A DNA stretch of 64,000 bases from Deltaproteobacteria bacterium (GTDB taxonomy: Bacteria > Myxococcota_A > Polyangia > Polyangiales > Polyangiaceae). The notes below the pieces were generated by a model. It had not been told where the DNA came from and did not search any database. It saw only the letters and a list, made by a program, of their open reading frames with translations. Positions within the stretch are counted from its first letter, which is position 1; every line of letters begins with the position of its first letter. Positions 37,610-47,123 of the stretch are shown here, piece after piece. Both the position numbers and the translations under genes were made by a program. The DNA is taken from contig QJWJ01000223.1 of assembly GCA_003235365.1 (NCBI GenBank), positions 1,127 through 65,126 of the forward strand. The letters are read 5' to 3'.

Positions 37610-38770
37610 ATGTCTGCCGCAACCGTGTTCTCATTGGAAGCGATCCGCACCGACGGCTGGTTCGAGCGCGTGGGCGAGCGTGTCGGCAGCTTCGATGCAT
37701 TGTGCAGCATCTTGGGCGAGCGTTTCTTCGCCTTCTCGTTGATCACGGGCGCTCGCATCACGTCGCTGACCGTCGATCGGCGCGATCCGTCCGCTTCCGT
37801 GGTCGAGTTCGAAGTCAGCGGCGCGGCCTCGGAGCTCGGAGCGGTAACCCAACGCTTGAACCTGGAGCGGTTTCGCCGCCGTCTGGTCAGCGCGCTACTG
37901 GCCGAGGAGACGAGCTATCCGGCTCCCGTGCGCGAGACGGACGTCGAGGGCATTCAGATGCACATCGGCGTGCGCTACTTGCTGCTCGCGCCTTTGTACG
38001 GCTACAGCTTGCTCGAACTCGAGTGTGGCGAGGCGGGGTCGTTCTTGCGTGTCAGTCACGACGGCGAGCTCGAACGCTACGAGCTGGGAGAGTTTCGCAG
38101 CTTGCTGCGGCGCTGGATCATCGAGGAGCTCGATCGGGCCGGATCGCGGTCGGGCCCCGAGCGCTCGGGCCTCGACCTGAGCATTCTGCCCGAAGCAAAA
38201 GCGGCGGCCGAACGCGGCGAGCACGCTACGGTGGTGCGACTGCTCGGCGGCTGGCTGATGCCGCTTTCGTTCTACCTCAGGACGCCCGAAGGCCGGGCGC
38301 TCGGTCCCGAATTGCGGGGCGACCTCGGGCAAGCGCTGGGCATGCTGGGCACTGCGTTGATCGCCGAGTCCGACGTCGAGGCCGGGCACCAGAGTCTGCG
38401 CCTGGCGGTTCAGTACGCCGTCGACAGTCCTCGCGCTGCCGATGCCTACGCGCGCTTGGGCGAGGCGTTCATGCGCGCGCGGCGTTTCGGAGAGGCGATC
38501 GCTCCGCTGCGACGTGCCGCCGAGTTGGGGGCGGAGCCGGACCGCGTCTGGCCGGCGCTCGGGCAGGCGTTCTTCGCCGAGGAGCGGCTTCTGGCGGCCT
38601 GGGGCGCGACGCTGGAGGCACGCCGGCACGGCCTGGACGACGCCGTGGAGGGGATCTCCAAGCAGCTGCGCAACCGCTTGCCGCTGCTCGAGCAGTGGCA
38701 GCGTGCGGTAGCGCCAGTGGCGCTGGAGCCGTCGAGCAGTCCCGAGGCGGTTGCTGCCCCCGGTCAGTAG
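37610..38770 (+). CDS. Hypothetical cytoplasmic protein with C-terminal TPR-like repeats
   Basis: 386-aa ORF with coding-like composition. The C-terminal half has TPR-like helices (AADAYARLGEAFMRARRFGEAIAPLRRAAELGAEPD). Confidence 0.6.
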   Translation: MSAATVFSLEAIRTDGWFERVGERVGSFDALCSILGERFFAFSLITGARITSLTVDRRDPSASVVEFEVSGAASELGAVTQRLNLERFRRRLVSALLAEETSYPAPVRETDVEGIQMHIGVRYLLLAPLYGYSLLELECGEAGSFLRVSHDGELERYELGEFRSLLRRWIIEELDRAGSRSGPERSGLDLSILPEAKAAAERGEHATVVRLLGGWLMPLSFYLRTPEGRALGPELRGDLGQALGMLGTALIAESDVEAGHQSLRLAVQYAVDSPRAADAYARLGEAFMRARRFGEAIAPLRRAAELGAEPDRVWPALGQAFFAEERLLAAWGATLEARRHGLDDAVEGISKQLRNRLPLLEQWQRAVAPVALEPSSSPEAVAAPGQ

Positions 38771-38902
38771 CCTCGTCGCCGCGTCGCACTGTCGCTGCAG
38801 CGCCGCCCGTCGCCGAGTCGGAGTCGGGCGCTCAATTGCCGAAGTCGCGGCGGAACTGTGGTAATCAGCCGGGCCCGCGGGAAACTCGCGGCGCATCCGA
38901 TC

Positions 38903-40339
38903 ATGACTCAGTACGAACCCGTCATCGGCCTCGAAGTCCACGCTCAGCTGCTCACGAAGAGCAAGCTTTTCTGTCGTTGTTCCGTGCAGTTCGGCCAAGA
39001 ACCGAACCGCCGCGTGTGCCCCGTTTGTCTGGGCTGGCCGGGGGCTTTGCCGATGGCCAACCGCGAGGCGGTGAGACTGGCCGTGCGAACCGCCTTGGCG
39101 CTCAATTGCCGCATCGTCGAGCGCAGCATCTTCGCGCGCAAGCAGTACTTCTACCCCGACTTGCCCAAGGGCTACCAGATCAGCCAGTACGAGCAGCCCT
39201 TCTCCGAGGCGGGCTTCCTCGACATCGACGTCGACGGCTCTCCCAAGCGCGCCGGTATCACCCGCGTTCACATGGAAGAAGACGCGGGCAAGAACCTGCA
39301 CGGAATTGGTGGCAACTCCGTCGTCGATTTGAACCGCGCCGGCACCCCGCTGGTCGAAATCGTCGGTGACCCCGACCTGTGCTCCAGCGCTGAAGCGGCT
39401 GCGTACTTGCGGGCGCTTCGCGACGTGTTGATCTTCATCGGCGTCAACGACGGCAATCTCGAAGAGGGCAGCTTTCGCTGCGACGCGAACGTCTCGATCC
39501 GCCCCAAGGGACAGGAGCAGTTCGGCACGCGCGTGGAGTTGAAGAACATCAACTCGTTTCGCTTCGTGCAGCGCGCCATCGACGCCGAGGTGGCGCGACA
39601 GACGGCGATCTTGGATTCGGGCGGACGAGTCGTCCAAGAGACTCGCTCCTACGACCCGGATCGCAACGTGACCAAGTCGCTGCGCTCCAAGGCCGATGCT
39701 CACGACTACCGCTATTTCCCCGATCCGGACTTGCCCCCGTTGGTCATCGATTCGGCGTGGGTCGACCAAGAGCGGGCCGGGTTGCCCGAGTTGCCCGCGC
39801 AAAAACGCGACCGCTATGCGGGCGAATTGGGGCTCACGCCGGCAGCAGCGCAGACGCTCACCAGCCATCCGGCGGTGGCATCGTTCTTCGAGCAAGTGCT
39901 GCAACTCGTCGACAGTCCCGTCAAGGCGGCCAACTGGATGCAGACCGAGGTGCTTCGCGGCGTGAAGACACACGGCCTCGACGCGCAGTTTTCCGTCACT
40001 CCAGCGCAGGTTGCCGAGTTGTTGCAGCTCGTCGAACGTGGAGACATCAGCGGCAAGCAGGCCAAGGAAGTGTACGCCGCGATGGAAGGCACGGAGCGCA
40101 CCGCGTCGCAGATCGTCGAAGAGCGCGGCATGAAAGTCGTCTCCGACGAGGGCGCGCTGCGAGCGTTGTGTCAGCAAGTGATCGACCAAAACCCGAAGGG
40201 GGTGGAAACCTATCGCAGTGGTAAGACCGGCACGCTCGGCTTCTTCGTGGGCCAAGTGATGAAGCTGTCGAAGGGCTCGGCCAACCCCAAATTGGTCAGT
40301 GAGCTGCTCCAGTCACTGCTCGACGGAGGTGCGTCGTGA
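38903..40339 (+). CDS. gatB: Asp-tRNA(Asn)/Glu-tRNA(Gln) amidotransferase subunit B
   Basis: The ATG at 38903 gives MTQYEPVIGLEVHAQLLTKSKLFC. GatB resemblance runs through the whole protein, including the C-terminal YqeY-like tail. Confidence 0.95.
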   Translation: MTQYEPVIGLEVHAQLLTKSKLFCRCSVQFGQEPNRRVCPVCLGWPGALPMANREAVRLAVRTALALNCRIVERSIFARKQYFYPDLPKGYQISQYEQPFSEAGFLDIDVDGSPKRAGITRVHMEEDAGKNLHGIGGNSVVDLNRAGTPLVEIVGDPDLCSSAEAAAYLRALRDVLIFIGVNDGNLEEGSFRCDANVSIRPKGQEQFGTRVELKNINSFRFVQRAIDAEVARQTAILDSGGRVVQETRSYDPDRNVTKSLRSKADAHDYRYFPDPDLPPLVIDSAWVDQERAGLPELPAQKRDRYAGELGLTPAAAQTLTSHPAVASFFEQVLQLVDSPVKAANWMQTEVLRGVKTHGLDAQFSVTPAQVAELLQLVERGDISGKQAKEVYAAMEGTERTASQIVEERGMKVVSDEGALRALCQQVIDQNPKGVETYRSGKTGTLGFFVGQVMKLSKGSANPKLVSELLQSLLDGGAS

Positions 40340-41373
40340 CCGACGTGACCGATGCTGTCGTCAAGAAGCGCAGCGACAACCCGCCCAAACCCAGCTGGCT
40401 CAAGGTCAAGGCTCCCGGAGGCGAGAACTACCGCAAGCTCAAGCAGACGTTGCGCGGCCTCGACTTGTACACGGTCTGTGAGGAGGCGCGCTGCCCGAAC
40501 GTCGGGGAGTGTTGGTCGGCCGGGACCGCCACGGTGATGTTACTCGGGCACACCTGCACCCGCGGCTGCCGCTTCTGTGCGGTGACCACTGGCAACCCGC
40601 GCGGTGCGGTCGATCCGCGAGAACCGGAACACGTCGCGCGAGCCATTGCTGGCGTCGGGTTACGCTACGTCGTGCTCACCATGGTCGACCGGGACGACTT
40701 GCTGGACGGCGGCGCCGACCACGTGGGGCGCACGGTGATCGCCCTCAAGCGCCATCAACCGGACCTGCTGGTGGAGACTCTGGTTGGGGATTTTCGCGGA
40801 CGCATCGAGGACGTCGAGGTGCTGCAGGCGGCGGGGCCGGACGTGTTTGCTCACAACATCGAAGTCGTGCGGCGGCTCACGCCCATCATCCGCGATCAGC
40901 GCTGCGACTACGACTTGTCGTTGGACGTGCTGCGTCGCGCCAAAGAGCTCGCCCCCGAGCGCATGACCAAGAGCTCGATCATGGTGGGTATTGGAGAAAC
41001 GGACGCGGAGGTCTTCGACACACTGCGCGATCTGAAGGCCGCTCAGGTCGACGTGGTCACGCTGGGGCAGTACCTGCGTCCGACGCCCAAACACGCCGCG
41101 GTGGACCGTTTCGTAACGCCTGAGCAGTTCGAAGAGTACCGACGCGTGGGCGTCGAGATGGGCTTCGCCTACGTGGCTTCGGGTCCCCTGGTGCGCTCCA
41201 GCTACCACGCGGCGGAGGCATTCATGGCGGCGCGCCTCGGCGGGGTGGACCCGGGCCGGAGTGGCGGCGGCGAAGCCTGGGCTGGTCCAAGAGAAGCGCA
41301 ATCGGTCGGAGGGTCGGACCTTTTGCCCGTTTCAAGCCTGGTTCGTAAGACACGCGACCCGAGCGACCGTTAA
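40336..41373 (+). CDS. lipA: Lipoyl synthase
   Basis: The GTG overlaps the gatB stop (GTGA). Auxiliary cluster motif CEEARCPNVGEC, radical-SAM motif CTRGCRFC, and a ~45-aa C-terminal extension. Confidence 0.95.
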   Translation: MTDVTDAVVKKRSDNPPKPSWLKVKAPGGENYRKLKQTLRGLDLYTVCEEARCPNVGECWSAGTATVMLLGHTCTRGCRFCAVTTGNPRGAVDPREPEHVARAIAGVGLRYVVLTMVDRDDLLDGGADHVGRTVIALKRHQPDLLVETLVGDFRGRIEDVEVLQAAGPDVFAHNIEVVRRLTPIIRDQRCDYDLSLDVLRRAKELAPERMTKSSIMVGIGETDAEVFDTLRDLKAAQVDVVTLGQYLRPTPKHAAVDRFVTPEQFEEYRRVGVEMGFAYVASGPLVRSSYHAAEAFMAARLGGVDPGRSGGGEAWAGPREAQSVGGSDLLPVSSLVRKTRDPSDR

Positions 41374-41466
41374 GTCAACGGTGGCCGCTTGCGAACGCTG
41401 CGCAGGTGGGTCGAAGTATCGAAGCCGACTACGTTCTGTTGCGGAGACCGGCACGTTCAAATCGCC

Positions 41467-42042
41467 ATGACCTCAACCGATGACAGCCTGCTGGTCGAAG
41501 TGGCCAAACGTTTGAGCCAGCCACCCGAGGCGGGTCGGCGTCACGCCGCGCAATCGATGCTGCTGCAGCTCGCCAACGCCTACAGCTCGAGTGACCAACT
41601 CTCCGACGTGGAGGTGACTCAGCCCACCGGCTTCAACCCTTTCGCGGCCACGCTGTTCGAGGCGGTGCTGGAGAGCGCCTTCCTCGTTGCCAACGCGGAC
41701 GGCCATTTCGACGACACCGAGCGTCGAGCATTCGTGAAGGTCGTGCAGGTGGCATGCGGTGGCGCGGTCACCGACATGCAGATCGAAGCGTTGTTGTCGG
41801 ATCTGTCGGATTTGCTCGCGGACGACGGTGTCGACAAGCGAGTGGAGATGGTTGCCAAGGCGATCTCGCGCCCCGAGCACGCTGAAGAAGTGCTGCGGAT
41901 CGCGGGGCTATTGGCTCAGGTGTCGGATGGCGTCAGTGACGTCGAGCGCGTGGTGCTCGAGAAACTGCGCGTGCGGTTCGGATTGCCGCCGAGCGTGCTG
42001 GACGACGTCTTGGGCCAAGTCGTCGATGCGCTGGCACAGTAG
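41467..42042 (+). CDS. TerB-like (tellurite-resistance TerB family) domain protein
   Basis: ATG at 41467. AFLVANADGHFDDTERRAFVKVV and a second half LAQVSDGVSDVERVVLEKL resemble TerB-fold repeats. Confidence 0.6.
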   Translation: MTSTDDSLLVEVAKRLSQPPEAGRRHAAQSMLLQLANAYSSSDQLSDVEVTQPTGFNPFAATLFEAVLESAFLVANADGHFDDTERRAFVKVVQVACGGAVTDMQIEALLSDLSDLLADDGVDKRVEMVAKAISRPEHAEEVLRIAGLLAQVSDGVSDVERVVLEKLRVRFGLPPSVLDDVLGQVVDALAQ

Positions 42043-42179
42043 CTGTTTCTCGTCGCATCGCTGCGCCGTCGTGCCGCTGCCATTCGCCCGCCCGTCCGGG
42101 GGTGTGTAGCCCATGACGCAGCTGACGATTGGATTGCGACTCGTGTCACTCGCCACTAGGCTCCCGCCTCCGAGGACGA

Positions 42180-43292
42180 ATGAGTCGATCCAGCTCTTCA
42201 AAAAGCCCGCCCGTCAGCGTTGCGCGAGTGTTGGCCGATGACGGCTCGTTGCTGCCCGGCTGCGAAGCGCCGGTCGATCTCGAGCAAGCCGTCGCTGGCT
42301 ACCGCTGGATGGTGCAGACGCGTTTCTTGGACGAGCGGCTGACGGCCCTGCAGCGGCAGGGCCGCGTCGGGTTCCACGTCGGGTCGCTGGGGGAAGAAGC
42401 GGCGATCATCGGAGCCGCCATGGCGTTGCGCGAGCAGGATTGGATCTTCCCCTGCTACCGCGAGTTCGGCGCAGCACTGGCGCGTGGCTTCTCGCTTCAG
42501 GGTTACATCGACAACATGTTCGGCAACGCTCGTGACACGGTCAAGGGGCGTCAGATGCCCGACCACTACACGTCGCGGGAGCATCACTTCGTCAGCATCA
42601 GTTCACCCGTCGGCACGCAGATTACCCAGGCCGTGGGTTTCGGCTGGGGCGCGAAGATCCGCAACGACGACTTGGTCACCTTGGTGTTCTTCGGTGATGG
42701 GGCAACCAGCTCCAGCGAGTTTCACGCAGGCATGAACTTCGCGGCCGTGTTCAAGACGCCGACTGTGTTCTTGTGCCGCAACAACGGTTGGGCGATCAGC
42801 GTTCCCCTCGAACGGCAAACGGCGACGAAGACCTTCGCAGAGAAGGGCGCCGCGTACAACGTCCCGGCCGTTCGCGTCGATGGCAACGACTTGTTCGCGG
42901 TCGTGGCCGAGGTGGGCAAGGCCGTCGAGCGAGCATCCAACGGGGAAGGGCCGACACTGATTGAGGCGCTTACCTACCGCATGGGGGGGCATTCGACGAA
43001 CGACGACCCGAATGCCTACCGCGGCCCCGAGGATCTGGAACCCTGGCGTACGCGGGACCCCATCGCATTGCTCCGCGGATACCTCGAGGTGAACGGCGCC
43101 TGGGATGACGCCAAAGAGCAACGCTGGCGCGAGGAACTCGAGCGCGACTTCCGCGCGGCTGTCGCATCGTCCGAGGCGGCGCCCCGGCCCGAGCTCGAAT
43201 CGATGTTCACGGACGTCTACTCCCAACCCACGCCGAACCTGGTCGAGCAGGGTAACGAGTTGCTCGAAGGGCCGCGCGCTCCCGAACACTGA
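42180..43292 (+). CDS. Thiamine-diphosphate-dependent 2-oxoacid dehydrogenase E1 alpha subunit (branched-chain/pyruvate type)
   Basis: ATG at 42180 after gagga. GSLGEEAAIIGAAMAL, FFGDGATSSSEFHAGMNFAAV, YRMGGHSTNDDPNAYR. Confidence 0.9.
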   Translation: MSRSSSSKSPPVSVARVLADDGSLLPGCEAPVDLEQAVAGYRWMVQTRFLDERLTALQRQGRVGFHVGSLGEEAAIIGAAMALREQDWIFPCYREFGAALARGFSLQGYIDNMFGNARDTVKGRQMPDHYTSREHHFVSISSPVGTQITQAVGFGWGAKIRNDDLVTLVFFGDGATSSSEFHAGMNFAAVFKTPTVFLCRNNGWAISVPLERQTATKTFAEKGAAYNVPAVRVDGNDLFAVVAEVGKAVERASNGEGPTLIEALTYRMGGHSTNDDPNAYRGPEDLEPWRTRDPIALLRGYLEVNGAWDDAKEQRWREELERDFRAAVASSEAAPRPELESMFTDVYSQPTPNLVEQGNELLEGPRAPEH

Positions 43293-43335
43293 TGGGTCGG
43301 ATACTGATGTCGAATTCAAAGGTCACCGGAGCAGC

Positions 43336-44310
43336 ATGCCGCAGCTGAACATGGTCCAGGCGATTGGCGACGCCCTGCGTACGGAGATGCGCCGGGACGA
43401 TCGCATCGTCGTGATGGGGGAAGACGTTGGGCGCGTGGGGGGCGTCTTTCGCGTCACGCAGGGGCTGCACGCGGAGTTTGGCGATGACCGCGTGATAGAC
43501 ACGCCGCTGAGCGAGTTGGGCATCATCGGCTGCGCCGTGGGCATGGCGATGTACGGGCTCGTGCCGGTACCCGAGATTCAGTTCGCCGATTTCATCTGGC
43601 CCGCCTACGATCAGATCGTCAACGAGCTGGCGAAGTTGCGCTACCGTTCCGGCGGGGACTTCAGCGCCAACGTGGTGATCCGAACTCCCGTGGGAGGCGG
43701 CATCCGCGGTGGTCACTACCACTCGCAGCATCCCGAGGCGCAATTCCTTTCCGTACCGGGACTGAAGCTGGTCTGTCCCTCGAACCCACGCGACGCCAAG
43801 GGCTTGCTCAGTGCGGCGTTGCGCGATCCGGATCCGGTCATTTTCTTCGAGCCCAAGCGCATCTACCGCGCGGCGCGCGGCGAAGTGCCCGAAGGGGAGT
43901 TCGTGCTTCCGCTCGGTGTGGCCTCCATCACTCGCCCGGGTTCGGACGTCACGGTCATCGCCTACGGGGCCATGCTCTACGAGGCGCTCGATGCGGCGAA
44001 CAAGGCGGCGGAGCACGGCGTCGATTGTGAGGTCATCGATCTGAGGACACTGTGGCCGCTCGATGTCGACACGGTGTTGACCAGTGTTCGAAAAACGGGG
44101 CGCATCGTGATGGTCCACGAAGCGCCGAAAACTGGTGGGCTGGGCGCCGAAATGGTCAGCCTGCTGACCGAAAAGGCCTTCTTTCACCTTCAAGCGCCAC
44201 CCGTGCGCGTCACGGGGTTCGATACCCCGTTTCCTTACACGCTGCAGATGGAGTATCTACCCCTCTCCCATCGCATTCTCCCCGCCATCTTGAAGACCGC
44301 AAAGGGTTGA
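43336..44310 (+). CDS. 2-oxoacid dehydrogenase E1 beta subunit
   Basis: The ATG at 43336 gives [44 protein letters not shown], typical of heterotetrameric E1 beta. Confidence 0.92.
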   Translation: MPQLNMVQAIGDALRTEMRRDDRIVVMGEDVGRVGGVFRVTQGLHAEFGDDRVIDTPLSELGIIGCAVGMAMYGLVPVPEIQFADFIWPAYDQIVNELAKLRYRSGGDFSANVVIRTPVGGGIRGGHYHSQHPEAQFLSVPGLKLVCPSNPRDAKGLLSAALRDPDPVIFFEPKRIYRAARGEVPEGEFVLPLGVASITRPGSDVTVIAYGAMLYEALDAANKAAEHGVDCEVIDLRTLWPLDVDTVLTSVRKTGRIVMVHEAPKTGGLGAEMVSLLTEKAFFHLQAPPVRVTGFDTPFPYTLQMEYLPLSHRILPAILKTAKG

Positions 44311-44316
44311 GCATTC

Positions 44317-45642
44317 ATGTCGAAGATCGAGTTCAAGCTTCCTGACATCGGTGAAGGCGTCACCGAAGGTGAGATCGTCAGTTGGCTCGTACAAGCAGGA
44401 GACGTCGTTACCCAAGATCAGGACATGGTCGAGGTGATGACGGACAAGGCGACCGTGACCATCGGTGCTCCCTCTGCTGGGCGCGTCGCCGAAGTGCGCG
44501 CCAAGGCGGGGGACACGGTCCCTGTAGGTCAAGTGATCGTCGTGCTCGATGGTGATGGTGCCGGCGCTGCTGCAGCCGCCCCGCCCGAGCCGGCTCCGGC
44601 TGCAGTTCCGGCAGCGCCCGCTGCGGCGCAGACGACGGCGAGTGCCGTCGGAGACATCAAAGAACAACTGCCCGGGATGAGCGCCCCAGCTGCCGCTGCC
44701 GCGCCCGCTCCCACGGGCGACTACTTCAGTGAAAAGCCGTTGGCGGCTCCTGCCACGCGCAAATTGGCGCGCGAGCTCGGGGTCGACCTGCGTCGTGTGA
44801 CGCCCAGCGGTGAGGCTGGGCGCGTGACCAAAGAAGACGTGCAGCGTGCCGCATCTGGGGTGGGCGCGCCCGCCGCGGCTTCGCCTGTGCCGGCCAGTGC
44901 TGCTGCGCCGGTACCGGCGCCCGTGCCCGTGCCCGCTGGCGCGCTCGAAGAGCGTCAGCCGATCCGTGGCATGCGCAAGCGCATGTTCGAGGCCATGGCG
45001 CGCTCCAAGCGCACCGCAGCCCACTTCACCTACGTCGACGAGTGTGAGTGCACTCAGCTCATCGCGCTACGCAAGCGCGTGATGCCGCTGGCGGAGAGCA
45101 AGGGCGTCAAGCTGACGTTCCTACCATTCATCGTCAAGGCCGTCGTCGCAGCTCTGAAGAAGCACCCGCAGATGAACTGCCTGCTCGACGAGACCACCAA
45201 CGAGATGGTGCTGCGTAAGAATTTCGATCTGGGCATCGCCGTCGCGACCGATGCGGGGCTGGTGGTCCCGGTGTTGCGCCGCGCCGATCAGCGAAACCTG
45301 GTCGAGATCGCCCAAGAGATCGATCGGCTTGCTTCCGAGGCACGCGCTGGCAAGGTTTCCCGCGACGACTTGGGTGGCGCGTCGTTCACGATTACTTCGC
45401 TCGGCAAAGCTGGCGGCTTGTTGGCCACGCCGGTCGTCAACGTGCCCGAGGTCGGGATCCTGTACATCCCGGCCATGAAGAAGCGGCCCATCGTCGTCGA
45501 CGACGAGATCAAGGTTGGTCACGTGATGGACTTGAGCTTGTCGTTCGACCACCGCATCGTCGACGGGCACCTCGGAGCGACGTTCACCCAGACGGTGATC
45601 GAGCTGCTGAGCGAGCCAGACCGTCTGTTGCTGGAAATGTGA
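44317..45642 (+). CDS. Dihydrolipoamide acyltransferase E2 component
   Basis: Single lipoyl domain (MTDKATVTI), Ala/Pro linker, subunit-binding domain (ATRKLARELGVDL), and a catalytic domain with the DHRIVDG motif. Confidence 0.93.
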   Translation: MSKIEFKLPDIGEGVTEGEIVSWLVQAGDVVTQDQDMVEVMTDKATVTIGAPSAGRVAEVRAKAGDTVPVGQVIVVLDGDGAGAAAAAPPEPAPAAVPAAPAAAQTTASAVGDIKEQLPGMSAPAAAAAPAPTGDYFSEKPLAAPATRKLARELGVDLRRVTPSGEAGRVTKEDVQRAASGVGAPAAASPVPASAAAPVPAPVPVPAGALEERQPIRGMRKRMFEAMARSKRTAAHFTYVDECECTQLIALRKRVMPLAESKGVKLTFLPFIVKAVVAALKKHPQMNCLLDETTNEMVLRKNFDLGIAVATDAGLVVPVLRRADQRNLVEIAQEIDRLASEARAGKVSRDDLGGASFTITSLGKAGGLLATPVVNVPEVGILYIPAMKKRPIVVDDEIKVGHVMDLSLSFDHRIVDGHLGATFTQTVIELLSEPDRLLLEM

Positions 45643-46001
45643 GCGACGCTCGCTCGCTCGCTTCGCGAGCGGCGCCCCCAATGGCGCGTAGGCTACCGTC
45701 ATTGGACGGCCGCAGTCTTCGCGCCTTTCGTCTTTCCAAGCGTCCGGACGTGTGCGGGCACTTGCGGGACGAACGAATGGGGGACCCGCGGAATCTTGTC
45801 GCGAGGGTGTACGCAACGCCGTTTCCGCTCCCGTAGCGGAGCGCTGCGGGTGCCGAGGTGTAGGTCGTTGTCCGTGTCGTGTAGGGCGAAGGGACATCAA
45901 TTCGCTGTCGTGTGCCTGAAAATCGTCCAATACTTCATGGATTGAATACACTCCCACAGATCCAGGGCTGCGAGGGCGGTGCTCTCCGGTGTTTCCGGGC
46001 G

Positions 46002-47117
46002 ATGAAGATCGCCGTGAGCAGCCTGTCTAGTCGCCTCATGTTGAAGAAACTGATCACCGTGTCAGCTGTGTTGGTGTGTACCACCAGCACCTTTGGTGCG
46101 CGCGCGCAAGACGACGGATCCAGCGATGAACCGAGCGTCGACGCGGTCCGTGAAGCAGGTGACGAATTCAACCTCGGTCGCACGGCGTTCAAGGCCGAAG
46201 ACTACGCTACCGCCGCGGAACACTTCGAGAAGGCGGATCGGCTCGCGCCCAACCCCAAAGTGTTGCTGCTCGCGATCCAGGCGCGGCAGCTGGCGGGGCA
46301 CGAGTCGCGAGCGGCGACGCTCGCCGCGCTCGCCCAGGACCGCTATCCCGACGAGAGCATGTTCACCGACAGTCGTGCGCTGATCATGGATGCGCTCGAT
46401 GACCAGGGCAAGCTGAAGGTCACCTGCGACACACCGTGCAGTGTGCTCGTCGATGGGCGTTTGGTGCATGGCAAGCCAGCGACCAAGCGTTTCGTCTTCC
46501 TCGAACCAGGAACGTACAGTGTCAGAGCCGCCTGGGAAGAGGGCGGCAGTCACACCGAGTCGTTCACGGCCGAAGCGGGACAGTCGGCGTCGTTGCATTT
46601 CAACTCGCCCGGTTCGAGTGCGTCGGAGCCGCCGAGTGACTCCGACGACGACATCGATTGGGGCGAGCCAGAGCCGGAACCGAAGTCGGAGCCCGTCGCG
46701 GCGGCTGGGCCAACCGTTGCCGACGAGGCGCCGCCCAGCGATGGTGACGGCTGGTCGCCGACCGTGTTTTGGATTGGCGCTGGCGTGACGGCGCTCAGCG
46801 CCGGTGTGAGCATCTGGAGCGGGATCGACGCCCAGAACAATCCCGGGCCCGACCGCGTTCGCGAAGAATGCGCTGGAGAAGATAGCAGTTGCCCCGCCTA
46901 CCAGGAGGGCAAGGCCGCCGAGCTGCGTACGAACGTGCTTTGGGGTGTCACCGGCGGGCTGGGCTTGGCCACGATCCTGATCGGCAGCTTGTGGACGGAC
47001 TGGGGCGGCCCCACGGTTCCGGACGCCGTCGTGGTGTCCAAAGCGCGAGAGCCCAGCATCTCTCCCTGGGTCAGCGTTGCAGACGGTGCCATGATTGGCG
47101 CCCAGGGGAGGTTCTGA
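46002..47117 (+). CDS. Secreted/membrane protein with a TPR-like segment, a PEGA-like beta domain and two C-terminal TM helices
   Basis: ATG at 46002 (alternative at 46038). Signal-like LKKLITVSAVLVCTTSTFGARAQ. KLKVTCDTPCSVLVDGRLVHGKPATKRFVFLEPGTYSVRAAW resembles PEGA domains. TM helices are VFWIGAGVTALSAGVSIWSGI and VLWGVTGGLGLATILIGSLW. Confidence 0.6.
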   Translation: MKIAVSSLSSRLMLKKLITVSAVLVCTTSTFGARAQDDGSSDEPSVDAVREAGDEFNLGRTAFKAEDYATAAEHFEKADRLAPNPKVLLLAIQARQLAGHESRAATLAALAQDRYPDESMFTDSRALIMDALDDQGKLKVTCDTPCSVLVDGRLVHGKPATKRFVFLEPGTYSVRAAWEEGGSHTESFTAEAGQSASLHFNSPGSSASEPPSDSDDDIDWGEPEPEPKSEPVAAAGPTVADEAPPSDGDGWSPTVFWIGAGVTALSAGVSIWSGIDAQNNPGPDRVREECAGEDSSCPAYQEGKAAELRTNVLWGVTGGLGLATILIGSLWTDWGGPTVPDAVVVSKAREPSISPWVSVADGAMIGAQGRF

Positions 47118-47123
47118 AGCAAC

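Noticed and set aside
37567-40255. 600-aa forward ORF 37567..39369 and 786-aa reverse ORF 37895..40255
   Set aside because: They are out of frame or antisense to the TPR-like gene and gatB. Their translations are extremely Arg/Gly/Ala/Pro-rich with no motifs.
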